Position numbers and translations under genes: made by a program. The notes under the pieces were generated by a model. The model did not search any database, had not been told where the DNA came from, and worked only from the letters and a program-made list of their open reading frames with translations. Below, in pieces: positions 1 to 8,731 of a stretch of 24,506 bases of DNA (the first letter of the stretch is position 1; each line of letters starts with the position of its first letter). The stretch is from positions 1-24,506 of IMG/VR virus record IMGVR_UViG_3300038379_000663. One strand, 5' to 3'. This stretch comes from a virus. Its lineage: Duplodnaviria > Caudoviricetes.

Positions 1-888
1 GTCCTCGCGCCGCAGGATTTCCTTCAGCCCATCGCTGAGCGAGCGAATCGTCCGCTCGGTCAGGATCGCGTGCCCCCCGCACACCTCTCGCGCGACCTCC
101 GTCCCGTAGCTCACGATCGGCACGCCCATCGCCATCGCTTCCGCGAACACCAGCCCAAACCCCTCGGTCGGGCTCGGATACAACAGCACGTCAATCTCGT
201 TCAAAAAATCCGCCGTCCGCTGTGGCCCCACAAACGTACAGCGTTCCACCGGCAAACTGTCAGCCATGAGGCGACATTTCGCCTCGTAGCCAGGACTCGC
301 CCCCGCTTCCGGCCCGGCAATCAACACATCGAACGGCGGCACCGTCGAGTCCTCCTGCGCCTCGCGACACGCCAGCAGGAACGGCTCCATACCCTTATCC
401 GTGCCAATCCGCCCAATCCGCCCGACGATGAGCCGGTTGCTCGGGATACCCACCTGTCTCCGCAGCCACCCCTCCGGAGCAATCGGACGCAGCTGCACGA
501 GATCAATCCCATTGTAGATGGTCTGACAGAACGGATTTAGCCGCGTCACAACATCCGTGACGCCGACCCGCGCGCTCACCACTTCCAGCCGGTTCGGACT
601 CTTCACTGGCGAGTGAATCGTCTCTACCACGGGAAACTGTCCACCAAGATTCGCGGCCAACTCAGAAATCGCCCCGCCACAATGCACATGGATCAGGTCG
701 GCCTCCAACTGTGCGCCGTGATCCGACATCGTAATCACGACCCCGGCCTGCTCCAACGGCTCGCGCATCGGCCCGTCCTTGTGAGCCAATACCTTATGCC
801 GATGCTTTGTATCGTGGGTCGCCAGCGTCAGCACCACCCGCTCCACGCCGCCCAGCTCCAGTTGCCCCAACTCATGCAGGATGTCCAT
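1..888 (-). CDS. GT-B/GT4-family glycosyltransferase (3' end runs off the window; absent from the ORF track)
   Basis: Manual translation from ATG 888 (TGATG overlap with the dehydratase stop): MDILHELGQLELGGVERVVLTLA...IYNGID...GRIGRIGTDKG...LLYPSPTEGFGLVFAEAMAMGVPIV. It has the GGxE start, NGID, GR...KG and the E-x7-E signature of GT4. The frame is open to position 1. Confidence 0.92.
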   Translation of the reverse strand, partial: MDILHELGQLELGGVERVVLTLATHDTKHRHKVLAHKDGPMREPLEQAGVVITMSDHGAQLEADLIHVHCGGAISELAANLGGQFPVVETIHSPVKSPNRLEVVSARVGVTDVVTRLNPFCQTIYNGIDLVQLRPIAPEGWLRRQVGIPSNRLIVGRIGRIGTDKGMEPFLLACREAQEDSTVPPFDVLIAGPEAGASPGYEAKCRLMADSLPVERCTFVGPQRTADFLNEIDVLLYPSPTEGFGLVFAEAMAMGVPIVSYGTEVAREVCGGHAILTERTIRSLSDGLKEILRRED

Positions 889-1901
889 CACAGCCCCAAC
901 CATTCCGGCCGCTGGACATACCATGAAACCGTCCGCGCCAAACTCTCATCAAACGCCACCGGCGGCGTCCAACCCATCTCCTGCAGCTTCGTCCCGTCCA
1001 GCGCGTAGCGACGGTCATGGCCCGGACGCGTCTTATGAAAGTCCACGTAATCCACCGCAATCGGCTTCCCGACCATCGCTTCGATCTTCCGCACAATCGT
1101 CCGGTTATCGTGCTCCTCGTTCCCGCTCACATGGACAATCGGCCCAACATCGCCTTTGTCCAACAGGAACACGAGCGCGTCTGCGTGGTTCCGCGCGTGC
1201 AACCACGTTCGGCTCCCGATCCGGTCGGTCGTCACCTCGTCCCCAGTCGAGAGGTCGGTCAGGTCTGCATGCAACGGCATCGGCTCACCAACCAACGCGC
1301 ATCGCACCGCGCGCGGGATAAGTTTTTCCCGATGCTGCCGTTCCCCAAAGTTATTCATCGTCCGCGTAACCACCACCGGCAACCGGTACGTCGTCCGGTA
1401 GGCCATCGCCAGTGCATCCGCTCCAACCTTCGTCGCAGCATACGGGTTCGACGGATTGACCGGGTCCGTCTCCTTAAAGAACACTCCATCCGGTGCCGGA
1501 CCATAAACCTCATCGGTCGACACACAGATCAACCGCTGCAGATCGGTCTGACGTCGCGCCCACTCCAGCAGGTGATACGTCCCCACCATGTTCGACGCCA
1601 CGAACGGACCCGGGTTCGCGATGCTGTGGTCCACATGCGTCTGCGCGGCTAAATGGATGGCATAGTCCGCGCTCCCAACCAAATCCTCATCAGTCCCGGT
1701 CAGCGGCTGCTGTAAATCGTGCAGCACAACCCGAACGCGATCCTTCCACACCTCAAACCCGTGCATGTCCAACAGCCGGTGGAACGACCCGGCATAGCTC
1801 AGGTTATCCACGATCACCACGTTCCAATCCGTCCCGACCAAGATGTGCTCCACCAGATGATGCCCGATGAAGCCCAGCCCTCCCGTCACCACGATACGCA
1901 T
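888..1901 (-). CDS. rfbB: dTDP-glucose 4,6-dehydratase (RmlB/RfbB-like extended SDR)
   Basis: Motifs TGGLGFIG, HLAAQTHVDHSI, STDEVYG, YAATK (YxxxK), NNFG and RPGHDRRYALD. Start moved to ATG 1901 (MRIVVTGG), which has a GAGGGGAG RBS. Confidence 0.92.
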   Translation of the reverse strand: MRIVVTGGLGFIGHHLVEHILVGTDWNVVIVDNLSYAGSFHRLLDMHGFEVWKDRVRVVLHDLQQPLTGTDEDLVGSADYAIHLAAQTHVDHSIANPGPFVASNMVGTYHLLEWARRQTDLQRLICVSTDEVYGPAPDGVFFKETDPVNPSNPYAATKVGADALAMAYRTTYRLPVVVTRTMNNFGERQHREKLIPRAVRCALVGEPMPLHADLTDLSTGDEVTTDRIGSRTWLHARNHADALVFLLDKGDVGPIVHVSGNEEHDNRTIVRKIEAMVGKPIAVDYVDFHKTRPGHDRRYALDGTKLQEMGWTPPVAFDESLARTVSWYVQRPEWLGL

Positions 1902-1912
1902 GCGCTCTCCCC

Positions 1913-2449
1913 TCACGCGGTCAACTGCCGTTTCCGATCCCACTCCACCACCACGATGTGCTTGCTCAGTTCCGTCTCAACGCAATCGTCCACCCCGTCC
2001 TCGGTGTGGTGCCGGATCGCTACCCCGGTCAGCTCCCACTGATGCGTCGGCTCGCCGAGCCAGTACGGCCCAACGGGCAGCGTCCAGATCAAATGCCCCT
2101 TGCTCACGCGCTGCGCTTCCGCCAGCACGTGGCCCTGGTCCTTGCCGAGATGCTCCAAGACCTCGGCCAGCACCACGGTATCGAAATGGTCGTCCGGAAA
2201 CGGCAGCGTCCGTCCATCGGTCAACAGGAAGGTCACATCCGGGTAAGCGGCCTGCGACTTCTGAATGTTGTCCGGCACGATGTCGACGCCGACCACCTCT
2301 CGGTTCCCCTGCTCGAAGATACACTGCGAGAGCTGCCCATCGTTGCAGCCAAGATCGAGCACACGCCCCGGCCGCGTCCGCTTGGCAACATGCTCGATAC
2401 GACGCCGCATGATCGGCACGCCATGCCAGTAGGACTCGGCCCACTTCAT
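1913..2449 (-). CDS. class I SAM-dependent methyltransferase (Methyltransf_11-like)
   Basis: Motifs VLDLGCNDG, VVGVDI and LPFPDDHFDTVVLAEVLEHL. ATGA overlap with the upstream gene. Confidence 0.88.
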   Translation of the reverse strand: MKWAESYWHGVPIMRRRIEHVAKRTRPGRVLDLGCNDGQLSQCIFEQGNREVVGVDIVPDNIQKSQAAYPDVTFLLTDGRTLPFPDDHFDTVVLAEVLEHLGKDQGHVLAEAQRVSKGHLIWTLPVGPYWLGEPTHQWELTGVAIRHHTEDGVDDCVETELSKHIVVVEWDRKRQLTA

Positions 2450-2649
2450 TCCGGCGCAAACTCCGTGCTCGGTACCGGCCGCTCCCCGATCGCCAGCGTC
2501 ACACAGCGATCGAAATTCAGCGTCGCTACCTCACCCCCGGGATACCGCAGCACCAAGGTATCGCCCTCCAGTTCGATCCCTGACGGGTAGAACCTCCCAA
2601 CCGCTCCGTCCGCCTGCGCCTGCTCTACCACCAAACACTTTCGCATCAT
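2446..2649 (-). CDS. hypothetical protein (67 aa)
   Basis: AGGGAGGG RBS, fills the gap between neighbours, and its stop overlaps the methyltransferase ATG. Confidence 0.7.
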   Translation of the reverse strand: MMRKCLVVEQAQADGAVGRFYPSGIELEGDTLVLRYPGGEVATLNFDRCVTLAIGERPVPSTEFAPE

Positions 2650-2659
2650 CCCTCCCTAA

Positions 2660-3040
2660 TTACGCATCGTTCCGCAGCGAGTCCTTCTCCAAAAACTCCC
2701 GCTCCGAGAACAGCGTCTCCGCAGTCTCGGCGGTCGCCTCTGCCGGCTCGATCCCGCTCTGCGCGCTCTCGGACAGCGTCTTAGCGAGCTCCAGCAAGTA
2801 CTTCGCCGCGTCCCCAGTCGTCTCCGCATACTTCCCGGCCGTAACGGACTTCGCCAATTTCGCGTAGCTCGCCGCCAGCGACCGGCACGCCAACGCTGCT
2901 CCCGCATATGCGTTCCCGCCAGCCAACTCCAAAAACGCGTCAATGTCCGCATCCGTAAACACCGCGCTCGCGCTGACCGTATCCTGAATCAGCAGCCGAA
3001 CCTTGCCGCGCGCCGTAGTCGGATCATAGGTGAACGCCAT
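2660..3040 (-). CDS. putative head-completion / head-tail adaptor protein
   Basis: Lies immediately after the major capsid gene. The MAFTYDP..GKVRLLIQDT...FTDADIDAFL pattern resembles small helical phage connector proteins. GGAGG RBS. Confidence 0.65.
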   Translation of the reverse strand: MAFTYDPTTARGKVRLLIQDTVSASAVFTDADIDAFLELAGGNAYAGAALACRSLAASYAKLAKSVTAGKYAETTGDAAKYLLELAKTLSESAQSGIEPAEATAETAETLFSEREFLEKDSLRNDA

Positions 3041-3042
3041 GC

Positions 3043-3084
3043 GTCCTCCGCGAGGACAGGGCCGGGGGCCTGCGCCCCCGACCC
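3043..3084 (-). promoter_or_regulatory. two RNA hairpins between the capsid and adaptor genes; the second overlaps the adaptor RBS
   Basis: Minus-strand RNA GGGUCGGGGGC-GCAG-GCCCCCGGCCC (3059-3084, 11 bp including one G-U pair), then GUCCUC-GCG-GAGGAC (3043-3057) containing GGAGG. No U-tract follows. Confidence 0.5.
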
Positions 3085-3100
3085 GACCTCATGCCTCGGC

Positions 3101-4075
3101 TCAGTCGCCGAGCTTGTAAACTGCCTGGTAGAACCCGGCCGCCACCGCCCAATCGTGGCGCACCTTGTACTCCAGTTCGTCGAAGTCGTAACCCCACGGG
3201 TCCTCCCCGCCAGCTACGCGGCTCGCCGTCGCGTTCTTGACGAGCACGTCCGGGTCCTCTTTGCCGTTCAGGAACCCAACCTCGGCGAAGTGCAGCTCCG
3301 ACGGGTCCACACACAGGTAGGATCGCCCAGAGAAGCTCAGGAACGGTTCCACCAGCACATCGAACGCCCCCTGCATCGGGTTCGACGTGAGCGTAGAGGT
3401 CGATCCCCCACGCACTTCTGTGGCCGTCTTGAGCCACTTCGCGGTAACTTCGAGCGCCGGGGGCACAATGAGCCAGAACTTCGACCCGATCCCTAACTTC
3501 TCGCCCGTATGTGGGTCCGTCGCCGTTTTCAGCGTCCGCATAGCCGTGTCGAGCGTCTGAATGCCCGTCACGTTCGCGGTGATCGCCGTGTGGCCGTCAT
3601 TAGTCCACGACCCGCGCGCGGCAAACAGCGCCGTGCCATCGTAGGCCGCCGCATTAGCCTCCAGGACCGCGACGATCTGCTTGACCATCGTACGAGCCGT
3701 CGCACGGCCAAATCGACCGGCCACGTCCGTGAGGCCCTGCAGATCATCATTGATGACCGCTTGGCGCGTCACCGACCAGGTCCGGCCGTACGTCTTGGCC
3801 CGAATCTGATAGCGCGACTCGCCAATAGCGTGATCCTGGTAGCTGCCCCCTTCCGCCACCTCCAGCAAGTCCGGAGACTCGCCGAGAATCACGCGGTCAT
3901 GGGTTTTAAAGTCGGCCAGATCGCCGATCTTCACGTACGAACGCCAAGGCGAGTTCACGCCCTTGAACACCCGCAGCAACGCCTTGTGCTGCAAATTGGC
4001 GAGCAGGTACGGAAAATCCGACGTGGAGCCAGACTCTTTCAGGTCCTGGTACGCTTGCAATAGGGTCTTTCGCAT
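3101..4075 (-). CDS. major capsid protein (Mu gpT-like, HK97 fold)
   Basis: STSDFPYLL near the N-terminus, EVAEGGSY, TYGRTWSVTRQAVINDDL, LIVPPALE, GFLNGKEDP and YKVRHDW. Sits after the protease and cement genes. Confidence 0.9.
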   Translation of the reverse strand: MRKTLLQAYQDLKESGSTSDFPYLLANLQHKALLRVFKGVNSPWRSYVKIGDLADFKTHDRVILGESPDLLEVAEGGSYQDHAIGESRYQIRAKTYGRTWSVTRQAVINDDLQGLTDVAGRFGRATARTMVKQIVAVLEANAAAYDGTALFAARGSWTNDGHTAITANVTGIQTLDTAMRTLKTATDPHTGEKLGIGSKFWLIVPPALEVTAKWLKTATEVRGGSTSTLTSNPMQGAFDVLVEPFLSFSGRSYLCVDPSELHFAEVGFLNGKEDPDVLVKNATASRVAGGEDPWGYDFDELEYKVRHDWAVAAGFYQAVYKLGD

Positions 4076-4127
4076 TATTATCGTCTCCGTTCTCTTTAGT
4101 CAGGTCACATGCTGGTGCTGCTCGAAC

Positions 4128-4508
4128 TTACGCCGGCCACTGCGACTGCCCACGCGGAGCGAGGCCGCGCAGCATCGTATTCACGGCATAGACTTTGTTC
4201 GTGGCGTCGAGCACCCCGACGATCTGCCCGATCAACACGTCATCGTTCGCGTAGCCAATGCTGATAGCATTCGCGGACGTATCCCAGTACAGGAACGATC
4301 CGACCCCAACCGTAGCATCGCCACCGATATTGCTATAGGTCAGGCCCCACACTCCATCCTGCGCGAACGCCACCGTCTCACCCACAAGCCCGTTGATTAG
4401 TGGAATCCCCAGGATTTTATTGTTGCGCGTGATCGTGCCGGACGTCACCGGAGACGAGACCACCGCCACGTCAATGCGCCGACCATTCGCTCGATAGTTC
4501 TTTGCCAT
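4128..4508 (-). CDS. DUF2190-like capsid cement/decoration protein
   Basis: 126 aa starting MAKNY, with G..V/GVW and G..LYWD patterns. Adjacent to the capsid gene; AGAGGAG RBS. Confidence 0.75.
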   Translation of the reverse strand: MAKNYRANGRRIDVAVVSSPVTSGTITRNNKILGIPLINGLVGETVAFAQDGVWGLTYSNIGGDATVGVGSFLYWDTSANAISIGYANDDVLIGQIVGVLDATNKVYAVNTMLRGLAPRGQSQWPA

Positions 4509-4559
4509 CTGCGTTCTCCTCTAGGACAGCTTTTTCAGCTTCGGGATACTGTGTGCTGC

Positions 4560-6302
4560 TTAACCGGCAGTCGCCGGCTTGATGCCCATGCGCTGCTCGG
4601 CAATGATGTCCGCCAAGCTCTCGACCTGCGACTTGCCAGCTCCGCCGGCCGCACCTTCACCATCCACCTTAAGCCCCTGGCCCTTGAGCAGATCAAGCGT
4701 ACGCTTAACATCCGCCTGCACCGCCTCGATCAGCTTGGCCTCCGACTCGTAGGTCTGTCCAGCGAGCGAGTCCACGATCCGCTGCTTGAACCCCGCGCTC
4801 AGACGCGTAGCGTCCAGTGTCTTGCGAATCAGATTCTCCTGCGTCGCCTTCACGTTGGCGGCCTCCAGCGCGCTCACCCGGGTGCTCAACGTTTCCATCA
4901 GTTTGCGATCATCATCCGACATCTGCTTCCCCTTCTGTTCCTGGTCCCACGCCTTCCGCAGCTCAGGCTCCAACTCCTTGCGATATGCTTCCAACAAGTC
5001 GGCCCGGCTCTCCTTCAGGTCTGCGAGATGGATCAGCTCCAACGACATGCGATCCTGCCCCCTCGATTCAAAAATCTCCACCACGCGACCGCGCGCACCG
5101 GGCTCCGTGACCCAATCCACGGAAGAGAACCGGCCCTGCTCGCCGCGTTCCACCAGAATCTGATCCACCACCTGCATCTCCACACCATCGATCTTCGATA
5201 TGTGCGAAGCTCCGCGTGTATTGATGCTGAGGCCAATACTACCGCGCGCCACAGGATCGGCCAATAGCTCTCGCAACCACGGTTGGTGGACCGCGATCCG
5301 CGCCATCGCCTTCCCACCCTCGAACCAACTTTCCACGATCGTACTTGCCCAATCCTTGACCGACCGCTCCGGCCGGTCGCGCTCCTCGCGCGCAGACGGG
5401 TGATCCACGTACATCTTCAGTCCTCCGAAACGACTCGCCACCTCGCGCACCGTCGCCTCCGGGTAGTGCCGTCGCTTGACCGGGTTCGTCCCGGCCTCGA
5501 TCAGGACTCCGATCACCTCACCCTTCTTTCCGTCCCACGCCGCATCGCGCAATACCTGCCGCTCCGCCAAGTCGACACGCTCCCCTCGTGCTGCGGCTTT
5601 CGCGACGGACTCGGTCAGTGACGTCACATCCACCTTCGCCGCCTCAGCTTCCCGCAATAGCGTGGCCTTCGCCTCGACCCGCTGCGACTCGGTCAACGGC
5701 GACGCCGCGGCCGACACCAACGACGCCTTCAGCCAGGACGGGATCGTCTTACCCTGTGCATCCCGATACGGGAACCACCGCAAACTGCGCGGCACCGTCC
5801 GGCCGTCCGCATCCAACTCGCCGCCTGCCTCGATCAGCGCAAATGCGCGATCCGGCAGGGCGTGTAGTTCCTCGATCCCCAACGCCCCGGTCGCCAGCTC
5901 CTCCAGCCCAGCCAACGCCTGGTGCGCGTGCTCAATAGACGTGGCGCACGCTTCCTTCGTCTCCTTCGGCATCTCATCCAACATCGCCTGCAGCTTGTTC
6001 CGGACTTCCTTCAGAAAAGTCCGAACCGACGGCGCACCCAGCTTGCCCTTGATCCCGTCATTCACCTGCAAGATAAACTCATTGATGCTGGTCACGAGAT
6101 TGAGCACCGACCGCTCCGCCTGCTCCTGCTTCAACTCGTCCGCCGACGGCATGGTGAGTCCTTCCTCGCGGAGCTTGGCCACCATCTCCATCAGCGCCCC
6201 GATTTTGCCGGACAACTCCGCCGCCCGTTCCCCACGCACCCGCGCCAGATGGTCCCGCGCCGCGGTCGCTCGCCGTTCCAATTCCTGTGTAATCACACTC
6301 AT
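4560..6302 (-). CDS. prohead maturation protease with long N-terminal extension and C-terminal scaffold (580 aa)
   Basis: Central domain LIEAG.N...HYP...MYVDHP...IGLSINTRG...SVDWVTEPGARG (His/Ser/Asp pattern of HK97/T4 gp21-type proteases), followed by a charged helical tail. Start at ATG 6302 by ATGA overlap. Confidence 0.82.
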   Translation of the reverse strand: MSVITQELERRATAARDHLARVRGERAAELSGKIGALMEMVAKLREEGLTMPSADELKQEQAERSVLNLVTSINEFILQVNDGIKGKLGAPSVRTFLKEVRNKLQAMLDEMPKETKEACATSIEHAHQALAGLEELATGALGIEELHALPDRAFALIEAGGELDADGRTVPRSLRWFPYRDAQGKTIPSWLKASLVSAAASPLTESQRVEAKATLLREAEAAKVDVTSLTESVAKAAARGERVDLAERQVLRDAAWDGKKGEVIGVLIEAGTNPVKRRHYPEATVREVASRFGGLKMYVDHPSAREERDRPERSVKDWASTIVESWFEGGKAMARIAVHQPWLRELLADPVARGSIGLSINTRGASHISKIDGVEMQVVDQILVERGEQGRFSSVDWVTEPGARGRVVEIFESRGQDRMSLELIHLADLKESRADLLEAYRKELEPELRKAWDQEQKGKQMSDDDRKLMETLSTRVSALEAANVKATQENLIRKTLDATRLSAGFKQRIVDSLAGQTYESEAKLIEAVQADVKRTLDLLKGQGLKVDGEGAAGGAGKSQVESLADIIAEQRMGIKPATAG

Positions 6303-7072
6303 CGCATCTCCGCCTCGTGCAGCTGCTCCAACGTTTCCGACGGCAGGCGGGCCACAGTCAACCGAACAATCTCGTCGATCCCGCGCTGCATCTGCGCCAA
6401 CCGCTCGCTCGACCCTGACGCCTCGGCCAACACCGCCTGCGTCGCCCGGAACAGCCGGGCTTCCACCATCTGCCACTGCCGCTGACTCTCCTCCAACATC
6501 GCCCCGCGCGACCGCTCAACCCCGTCGCGCATCGACACGCGTGCCTCACGCAGTAGCGTCTGGGCATCCCGCACCGCCGACGCAACCTCCGCCACAGCCG
6601 CGCGCAGCCCCTGCTCGCGCAACGCGGACTCGACCATCGCTTCAGCCACGGCAGTCCGCGACTCCCCCACCGCCTGCACGATATCCTGCAACCGTGAGAG
6701 AACGCGCTCCTTCTCGGCCACGGTCCATACCGTATCGCCGCTGGCTACCCCGCTGATCTGCAACCCTTCACCGAGCGACTCGCTCACCAAGATCGTGTCG
6801 GTCAGCTGCTTATCGCGCCAATCATCTGCCCCGGATGCCGACGCCTTAATGAGCAGCTGCCGTGCATCTGTCTCGGTCGCCGTAAGATTGACCTTGTAGA
6901 ACCCACTGCCGATCTCCGTCACGCTCCCGGCCACCGCGGCAAACGCGCTCCCATCTTTCGAGATGGTCACGGCCGGACTGGCCGAGGTTTTCCCGGCCGG
7001 ACGATTCCCGCTGTCCATGAGAAAAAACCCATACCCGGTCACCGCCACGCCGCGCTTGAGATAACTACTCAT
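6299..7072 (-). CDS. putative virion/prohead protein (beta-rich N-domain plus coiled-coil C-half)
   Basis: N-terminal ~95 aa (TISKDGSAF...VTEIGSGFYKVNLTATE) followed by Ala/Glu/Arg helical sequence. Coupled to the protease gene. Confidence 0.6.
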   Translation of the reverse strand: MSSYLKRGVAVTGYGFFLMDSGNRPAGKTSASPAVTISKDGSAFAAVAGSVTEIGSGFYKVNLTATETDARQLLIKASASGADDWRDKQLTDTILVSESLGEGLQISGVASGDTVWTVAEKERVLSRLQDIVQAVGESRTAVAEAMVESALREQGLRAAVAEVASAVRDAQTLLREARVSMRDGVERSRGAMLEESQRQWQMVEARLFRATQAVLAEASGSSERLAQMQRGIDEIVRLTVARLPSETLEQLHEAEMR

Positions 7073-7073
7073 G

Positions 7074-7436
7074 TCACCGCACTCCGATCAGGCTGCCTTC
7101 CGCAAAGCCGCGCTGCAACGCCCGGAAGAAAATATCCCCGCCCACGCTCACCGCCAGCCAATTCAAATTCCCGTCCGACACCCGTAAGCGATAATGCTGG
7201 GCCGTCACGGTGTCCTGCAACGTCACGTCATCGTCCTGCACGGTCCCGGTGCTCTCCCACCCGACCTGCCCATCCTGCACAAACACCGTCCAATGCGCGC
7301 CGGTCTCCGTGTCCTCGACGATCGGCTCTGCCGACGCAGTATCGAGCGTGCTCTCCAACTTGAGCGACCCATCCTCGAACGACAGCGCCACACGCCCAGC
7401 GGTCGTCCTGTCCGTCACGACATACGTAGTCGCCAT
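7074..7436 (-). CDS. hypothetical protein with three internal repeats
   Basis: Repeats VTDRTTAGRVALSFEDGSL / VEDTETGAHWTVFVQDGQVGW / LQDTVTAQHYRLRVSDGNLNW. Tight spacing with neighbours. Confidence 0.7.
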   Translation of the reverse strand: MATTYVVTDRTTAGRVALSFEDGSLKLESTLDTASAEPIVEDTETGAHWTVFVQDGQVGWESTGTVQDDDVTLQDTVTAQHYRLRVSDGNLNWLAVSVGGDIFFRALQRGFAEGSLIGVR

Positions 7437-7439
7437 CGC

Positions 7440-7844
7440 TCACACTGACGCGTGGTTCATGTTTGACGCCACCCACAACCACCCATCAATCACAAACTTC
7501 AGCAAGATGCCGGCCAGACTCACCCCGATCACCCCACCCCACCGCCTGAGCGAACGATAGAAGGACTCCATGTTCAGCAACCGATGCGCGAAGCTATCCT
7601 CCACGTGTCCGTTGCCGAGCATCACGACCCGCAACTCCTTGACCATCTTCCGCACATCCTCGATATCATCATGAATGTAACTGTGCGCCCGCGCCAGTGT
7701 GCCGGTTTCGCTCTCGATCTGCGACACGCACCGATCCACCTGCGCCTTCAGCTCGGACAACCGATCCTCGAACCGCTGGAGCGTCACCGCGAGCTGCGGC
7801 GCATCCTTCCGTCGCTCATGCTCCCCATCCCACCCGCCGACCAT
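7440..7844 (-). CDS. coiled-coil protein with C-terminal transmembrane helix (holin/XhlA-like architecture)
   Basis: Heptad-like N-region, then WGGVIGVSLAGILLKFVIDGWLWV. Confidence 0.65.
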   Translation of the reverse strand: MVGGWDGEHERRKDAPQLAVTLQRFEDRLSELKAQVDRCVSQIESETGTLARAHSYIHDDIEDVRKMVKELRVVMLGNGHVEDSFAHRLLNMESFYRSLRRWGGVIGVSLAGILLKFVIDGWLWVASNMNHASV

Positions 7845-7857
7845 CCAACCACTCGCG

Positions 7858-8409
7858 CTACTTCGCCTGGCTCATGTTCCACGAAAACTTACCGAGCCCA
7901 TGCGCGAGGTTCGCGCCCAACGCGGCTAACCCGCAGAACCAGAACCACGAGCCGACATGCTCGATCATGCCGCCTCCGCGAAGAATGAACGCCCCGCCTA
8001 ACGCCAGCATACCGCCCAACGCGTTCCGAATCAACTTATCGCTCACTGTCTCGCCCATCGCACCCCTCTTTGTCAGCCACTTCCGCACCGTCACCACACG
8101 TTCTCCGACTATCCCATCCTCGATTAACCACCCCGGATACGTTGCCGCATAATGTCGCCCCAACTTCGGACACGTCACCGCATACAACTGCTGCACCCCT
8201 TTCGACACCGCCAGCAGGCAGAACCGTGCTTCGTGCAGCAGCGTCTCCTCGCGCGTCACCACCGGTTCGTGGTGAAAATCGATCACCTTCATCCGCTCCG
8301 AGTCTACCCGCACCCCGACCGCATTGAACACCGACCGCGTTCCCTCCAACTCGTAGAGATGCAACACCGTGTCCCCGGCCAACCATTCCTCGTATCGCTC
8401 TCGCATCAC
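7858..8409 (-). CDS. hypothetical membrane protein
   Basis: Two C-terminal hydrophobic segments (ALGGMLALGGAFIL; WFWFCGLAALGANLA). Abuts the upstream stop. Confidence 0.6.
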   Translation of the reverse strand: MMRERYEEWLAGDTVLHLYELEGTRSVFNAVGVRVDSERMKVIDFHHEPVVTREETLLHEARFCLLAVSKGVQQLYAVTCPKLGRHYAATYPGWLIEDGIVGERVVTVRKWLTKRGAMGETVSDKLIRNALGGMLALGGAFILRGGGMIEHVGSWFWFCGLAALGANLAHGLGKFSWNMSQAK

Positions 8410-8718
8410 CTACCCGCATCGGTACCACGTCTGCTGCTGCCAGCATATCACCCGCTCGGTGTCGCAGCACCACCACACCTGCTGCGCATCACTCCATTCT
8501 CGAATCGGCTCGCGCACCATCCGCTGCTGCTCCTGAAGCGCCCGCGTATAGCCTTGTACCTCGCGCGCCCACCCCTTCAAATCATCAATCGCTTGCTCAG
8601 CCTTCGCCATGCGCTGTGGGATTGTCCACCACGTCACTGCCGCCCCGAGCACGATCGCAAGCAGCCACCACCAGGCTTTCAACCGCGCACCCCACCGATC
8701 CCACTGCTCGGCCGTCAC
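8410..8718 (-). CDS. small membrane protein with Trp/Cys-rich C-terminus
   Basis: Probable GTG start at 8718, just after the upstream stop. TM segment WWWLLAIVLGAAVTWW, a coiled coil, then WWCCDTERVICWQQQTWYRCG. Confidence 0.6.
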   Translation of the reverse strand: MTAEQWDRWGARLKAWWWLLAIVLGAAVTWWTIPQRMAKAEQAIDDLKGWAREVQGYTRALQEQQRMVREPIREWSDAQQVWWCCDTERVICWQQQTWYRCG

Positions 8719-8731
8719 CCCATCACCCGCA

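Noticed and set aside
3059-3084. Intrinsic terminator after the capsid gene
   Set aside because: Strong stem but no U-tract on the coding strand; kept only as a hairpin.
4076-4559. GCAGCAC occurring shortly after the stops of both the protease and cement genes
   Set aside because: Only 7 nt in two copies; compatible with chance.
7440-8718. Canonical lysis cassette (holin/endolysin/spanin)
   Set aside because: TM proteins are present, but I recognised no peptidoglycan hydrolase motif or lipobox.
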